From the NCBI GenBank assembly GCA_036268195.1, contig DATAUP010000056.1:2192-66191 (forward strand): 64,000 nucleotides of DNA, written 5' to 3'. The notes beneath the pieces are model-generated. The model had not been told where the DNA came from. It did no database searches and worked only from the letters and a program-made list of their open reading frames with translations. Positions 59,972-64,000 of this stretch are shown piece after piece. Source of the DNA: Solirubrobacteraceae bacterium. Its GTDB lineage: Bacteria; Actinomycetota; Thermoleophilia; Solirubrobacterales; Solirubrobacteraceae. Position numbers and translations under genes: made by a program. Position 1 is the stretch's first letter; each line of letters starts with the position of its first letter.

Positions 59972-61278
59972 GGGACATATTGGGGCCTGCGGGCCCGATC
60001 GGAGACCATCAGCAGCAGCGCGACCAGCACGAAGTTAGCCAGGATCGAGGAGCCGCCGTAGGAGACGAAAGGCAACGTCACGCCGGTGAACGGGATCACC
60101 CGGGTGACCCCGCCGACGATCACGAACACCTGGATCGCGAGGATCGCGGAAAGCCCGGTGGCGAGCAGCTTCGAGAACGAATCGCGCGACAGGATCGCGG
60201 CCTTGAAGCCGCGCGCGCAGAGCATCAGGTACGCGATCAGCAGCGCCGTCGAGCCGAACAGGCCGAGCTCATCGGTGATGACGGCGTAGATCATGTCGGT
60301 GCCAGGCGCCGGTATCTGGGGATAGTGCGTGCCCGGGATCGTGAGCACCGCCTGTCCGAAACCCTGTCCGAACAGCCCGCCGGCGGCCATCGCGAACTGC
60401 CCGTTGGCGATCTGGAAGCTACCGCCTGGCTCACCGTAGAGCGTTGGATTGAAGGGGTGCAGCCACGCCTGCACGCGCGAGTCGATGTGCGGGATGTGCG
60501 TGCCGAGGTACCAGGCACCCAGGCAGAACGCGACCACGCCGACCAGCACGAACGAGATCCTGTCGGTTGCCACGTAGACGATCGCGAGCAGACCGCCGTA
60601 GAACATCAGCGACGAGCCGATGTCATGGAGCAGGATCAGCAGCACCATCGCCGCACCCCACAGCAGCAGCAGCGGTCCGAGGTGCTTGAGCGGCGGCACC
60701 CGATAGCCGAGGATCTTGCGCCCTGATGCGAGCGCCTGGCGGTGGTCACGCAGGTAGCTGCCAAGGAAGATGACCAGGCCGATCTTCGCGAACTCGGTCG
60801 GCTGAAAGACCACGGGACCCAGGTGAATCTCGAGGTACGCGCCGTTGACCGGATCCGAGATCCCTGGGACACGCGGGAGGATCAGCAGAAACAGCGAGCC
60901 GATCACGATCAGATAGCGGTAGTTCTCGAGCTTGCGGTAGTCCCGGAAGACGATGATCGTCCCGGCGAACAGCACCAGCCCGAGGACGAACCACTGCGCC
61001 TGCTGACGCGCGAACGTCTCACCGTAGATTCGGTAGACCATCACCAGGCCGAAGCAGGCGAGCACCGCGACCAGCGGAAACATGAACGGGTCGGCGTGCG
61101 GCAGCGTGACGCGGATGAAGATGTGCCCGGCCACGCACAGTCCGAGAAACACCGCCCCGAATATCAGCGAGACCGACGAGAGCTCGTTCGAGCGCTGGAT
61201 GAACACCGCCGCGAACCCCGCCGAGATCAGCAGCGACGCGGGGATCAGGCCGAGCAGCTCCCGATTGCGCGCCTTCAT
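59968..61278 (-). CDS. rodA: SEDS protein RodA
   Basis: FQPTEFAK, GGLFGQG, TDMIY, GVTLPFVSYGGSS. Confidence 0.93.
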   Translation of the reverse strand: MKARNRELLGLIPASLLISAGFAAVFIQRSNELSSVSLIFGAVFLGLCVAGHIFIRVTLPHADPFMFPLVAVLACFGLVMVYRIYGETFARQQAQWFVLGLVLFAGTIIVFRDYRKLENYRYLIVIGSLFLLILPRVPGISDPVNGAYLEIHLGPVVFQPTEFAKIGLVIFLGSYLRDHRQALASGRKILGYRVPPLKHLGPLLLLWGAAMVLLILLHDIGSSLMFYGGLLAIVYVATDRISFVLVGVVAFCLGAWYLGTHIPHIDSRVQAWLHPFNPTLYGEPGGSFQIANGQFAMAAGGLFGQGFGQAVLTIPGTHYPQIPAPGTDMIYAVITDELGLFGSTALLIAYLMLCARGFKAAILSRDSFSKLLATGLSAILAIQVFVIVGGVTRVIPFTGVTLPFVSYGGSSILANFVLVALLLMVSDRARRPQYVP

Positions 61279-62513
61279 TTCTGGATCGTGCCGAGCTCTA
61301 GCGAGTTGACCAGGCTGGTCGCGTCGGTCTGGTCGCGCATCGCGTGGTTGAGCACCGCGCCGCGCCGGGCGGCCGGGATCGTCGAGGCCGGCACGCCGGA
61401 CACGTAGAAGGTCTCATACATCGGAATCCCAAACGGCAGGACGTACGGGAAGCCGCGGTACACGACGACCGTGCCCTGGCCGTTGGTGCCGAGGAAGTAG
61501 AGCTGCCGGCTGGCGAGGTAGCCGCCGCCGCCGATCAGGCAAAGCACGAACAGCAGTGCTGTGAGCCCCGCCACCGTCTTGCCAAGGAAGCCGAAGTGGC
61601 GCTCATGCTTGGCGGGCTGCACGAACCCGGCGGGCATGTGCGGCTTGAGGCCCTGGACACGGGCCAGTCGAGCCCGCCTGGGCGCCTCGGGCGGCAGCGC
61701 GGGGGTCCTGCCACCGCTGTCACCGAGGTGCAGTCTGGCCGGAGCGTCGGCACCCGACGTGATCACCGTCGGCTGATCCGTCTCCGCAGCATGGTCGCTC
61801 GCGACGCCGACCCGGAACAGGACAACGGTGATGTTGTCGCGGCCGCCGGCGTCGTTGGCCTCGGAGATCAGCCGGTCTGCTGCAGCCGATAGGTCGGTGA
61901 CATCGGAGAGCGTCTGCTGGATCTGGGGCTCGGGCAGCATGTCCGTCAGGCCGTCGCTGCACAGCAGCACCACATCGCCGGGACGCAGTGGGTAGGTCCA
62001 GGTGTCGATCTCGACGATCGGCTCGACACCGAGCGCGCGTGTGATCACCGAGCGCTGCGGATGCTCGAACGCCTCCTCCTCCGTCAGCTTGCCGCCGCGC
62101 AGCAGTTCCTCTACGAGCGAGTGGTCCTCGGTCAGGCGCGAGAGCTCGCCGTCGCGCAGCAGATAGGCGCGACTGTCGCCGACGTGCGCGATCGCCACGG
62201 CGTCGGCCTCGAGGTACGCAGCCGTGACGGTCGTACCCATGCCGGCGTTCTCGATCTCGGTCTGCGAGCGCTCGTGGATCTCACGGTTCGCACGCTGGAC
62301 GACGACCGAGAGCCGCTCCTCCGGCGTGCCGTCGTCGGGCAGGCCATCGGCGAACGCGTCGACGACCATCTGCGACGCGACCTCGCCCGATTGGGCGCCG
62401 CCCATGCCGTCGGCGAGCACGAACACCGGCGGCTTTGCGTAGCTTGAGTCCTCGTTTCCCCGACGCTGGCGGCCTGTGTCGGTGCGCACGATTGTTTCTG
62501 CGGCTATGAGCAT
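61275..62513 (-). CDS. pstP: PP2C-type Ser/Thr phosphatase PstP
   Basis: NED, ADGMGG, HVGDSR, CSDGL, GGRDNIT; C-terminal TM. Confidence 0.95.
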   Translation of the reverse strand: MLIAAETIVRTDTGRQRRGNEDSSYAKPPVFVLADGMGGAQSGEVASQMVVDAFADGLPDDGTPEERLSVVVQRANREIHERSQTEIENAGMGTTVTAAYLEADAVAIAHVGDSRAYLLRDGELSRLTEDHSLVEELLRGGKLTEEEAFEHPQRSVITRALGVEPIVEIDTWTYPLRPGDVVLLCSDGLTDMLPEPQIQQTLSDVTDLSAAADRLISEANDAGGRDNITVVLFRVGVASDHAAETDQPTVITSGADAPARLHLGDSGGRTPALPPEAPRRARLARVQGLKPHMPAGFVQPAKHERHFGFLGKTVAGLTALLFVLCLIGGGGYLASRQLYFLGTNGQGTVVVYRGFPYVLPFGIPMYETFYVSGVPASTIPAARRGAVLNHAMRDQTDATSLVNSLELGTIQK

Positions 62514-62529
62514 CTGCTGCTGGTGACTG

Positions 62530-63012
62530 TTACTGGAAGTAGGAGAACTCGGAGTCGCCGATCTGGATACGGTCGCCGTCGTGAAGGGGCTGCGGTCCGT
62601 TGAGCGGCTCCCCGTTCAGGTAGGTGCCGTTCGTGGAGCCGAGATCCTCGATCACGAGCGTCCGTCCTTGACGCGTGATCTTGGCGTGGCGAGAGGACGC
62701 GAACGGATCGCCCAACTTGATCTCGACCTCGCCGCGCCCAAGCGTGACTGGCTCCGCCAGATCGTATGCGACTCCGGACTCGTGCCCATCGGCGTGCTCG
62801 ACGACCAGCCGCGGCTCGAACTCATCGTCGAGCGCTGCGAGCGGATCGGCAGTCTGGTAGATGCTCGTCGCGTCGGCCGCGACCACGCCGCCGCGCCGCC
62901 CGCCGACACCACGCCGCAGGTCGAACAGCGAGCTCGCCGCGACCCACAGCAGGAACAGGTAGAGAACGATGAGGAAGCCGAACTTGAGTCCGACTGAGAC
63001 GGGCTGGAGCAT
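62530..63012 (-). CDS. fhaB: FHA domain protein FhaB/FipA
   Basis: N-terminal TM; LGR, SSRHA, STNGT. Confidence 0.9.
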   Translation of the reverse strand: MLQPVSVGLKFGFLIVLYLFLLWVAASSLFDLRRGVGGRRGGVVAADATSIYQTADPLAALDDEFEPRLVVEHADGHESGVAYDLAEPVTLGRGEVEIKLGDPFASSRHAKITRQGRTLVIEDLGSTNGTYLNGEPLNGPQPLHDGDRIQIGDSEFSYFQ

Positions 63013-63028
63013 CGTGATCGGGGGTCGT

Positions 63029-63802
63029 TTACTCGAGCTCGAACGTGAGCACGGAGGCTCCGAGCTCGATCTCGTCGCCCGGGCGGACGACCTCTGCAGT
63101 ATGGATCGGGCGCCCGTTAAGGCGCGTGCCGTTGGTGGAGTCAAGGTCGGACACAACCCATGCGCCGCCGCGGGGACGCACCTCGGCGTGGCGCCGGGAG
63201 ACGTTGGCGTCTTCGACGACGATGTCGCACTCCCGGCTGCGGCCGAGCGTGACACCGCGGGGTCCGACGACGAGGCGGCGGCCCCCGTAGATCAGCACCG
63301 CCCGCTGCTGGCGCACGCTCGCGCTCTCCTCGAGTGGCTCTGACAGGCGCTGCGCGGAGCTGAAGACCATCGTCCGCCCCGAGGAGGGCTCGGGCTCCGG
63401 CTCGCGCGCACCCGTGGGGATGATCTGCTCCTCCGGCTGCACGACGCTCGTCTCGATGCCGAATTCGCCGAGACCGAGCCGCTCGTCGGTCTCGAACGTG
63501 ATCACCGGGCGAGACAGCAGCGCGAAGCGCTCGCGCCGGGCGTGCTCGAGCAGGTAGCCCGCGAGCTCGTCGGCAAGCGCGTCCTCATACGTCTGGAAGC
63601 GCTCGCGGTCGCGCGATGACAGGTAGACGCGGTACTCATTCGGGACGTACGTGCGCGAAAGCGTGCCGTATTGGTGCTCCTCCATCTCTCGCGCGAGTTT
63701 GCGCGCGATCTCGACCGGGCGCACCTCTGACCGAAAGACACGACTGAAGGTGCCTTCGACGACGCCGGCGATCTTGCTCTCGAGGCTCTTCAGGACGGGC
63801 AT
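63029..63802 (-). CDS. fhaA: DUF3662 + FHA domain protein FhaA
   Basis: RPVEIARKLAREM, VPNEY; LGR, SRRHA, STNGT. Confidence 0.93.
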   Translation of the reverse strand: MPVLKSLESKIAGVVEGTFSRVFRSEVRPVEIARKLAREMEEHQYGTLSRTYVPNEYRVYLSSRDRERFQTYEDALADELAGYLLEHARRERFALLSRPVITFETDERLGLGEFGIETSVVQPEEQIIPTGAREPEPEPSSGRTMVFSSAQRLSEPLEESASVRQQRAVLIYGGRRLVVGPRGVTLGRSRECDIVVEDANVSRRHAEVRPRGGAWVVSDLDSTNGTRLNGRPIHTAEVVRPGDEIELGASVLTFELE

Positions 63803-63828
63803 AGGGTGGGATCCTCCAGCCACTCATG

Positions 63829-64000
63829 CTACGCAACGTCGCTATGTATACCCGCCGACACGCGGGTTTCCTCAACGATCGTCAGCAACGGCCGCCAGCC
63901 GACGATCAGCGTACCCGCCAGCGCGCCGACCACATCGCCGCGCAACGGCTCGGCGCCGGCCGCCTCGACAGCCATGACCGCGGCGCCTGACCAGACGGCA
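63829..64000 (-). CDS. C-terminal fragment of an unidentified protein (runs off window end)
   Basis: Open minus frame ...AVWSGAAVMAVEAAGAEPLRGDVVGALAGTLIVGWRPLL...DVA-stop with GC-type codons. Confidence 0.45.
   Translation of the reverse strand, partial: AVWSGAAVMAVEAAGAEPLRGDVVGALAGTLIVGWRPLLTIVEETRVSAGIHSDVA

Overview
GC-rich actinobacterial chromosomal segment. Gene content and protein style suggest Thermoleophilia/Solirubrobacterales (inference). No rRNA, tRNA, CRISPR, transposase or phage genes were recognised. Left to right: (1) a heat-shock block dnaK-grpE-dnaJ-hspR-[secreted S53 peptidase]-clpB, with two non-canonical HAIR-like operators; (2) an inositol-lipid block (GT-C-like membrane protein, AUR1/PAP2-like protein, CDP-alcohol phosphatidyltransferase, TetR, ino1, secreted Cys-repeat protein, PimA-like pseudo-GT4 fused to a PHP domain, divergent UDG-like protein); (3) mixed housekeeping genes (rlmD, argF, thiE-membrane fusion, lpdA, lipoyl-less E2, orphan DNA methyltransferase); (4) a ~18 kb undecaprenyl-linked glycan locus (PglF/E/D/C-like, DUF354, three GTs, Wzx, LytR_C, GtrA, DedA, UppP) that includes a ~200-nt structured intergenic element; (5) purM, a Ser/Thr kinase and the fhaA-fhaB-pstP-rodA-pbpA-pknB-ddl operon. 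Best novelty candidates: a strongly basic C-terminal beta-rich tail shared by four unrelated secreted proteins (possible surface-anchoring or sorting system), the dead-GT4/PHP fusion as a candidate phosphatidylinositol-phosphate phosphatase, and the structured leader with a coupled uORF. All family assignments come from motif recognition by eye, with no database searches.
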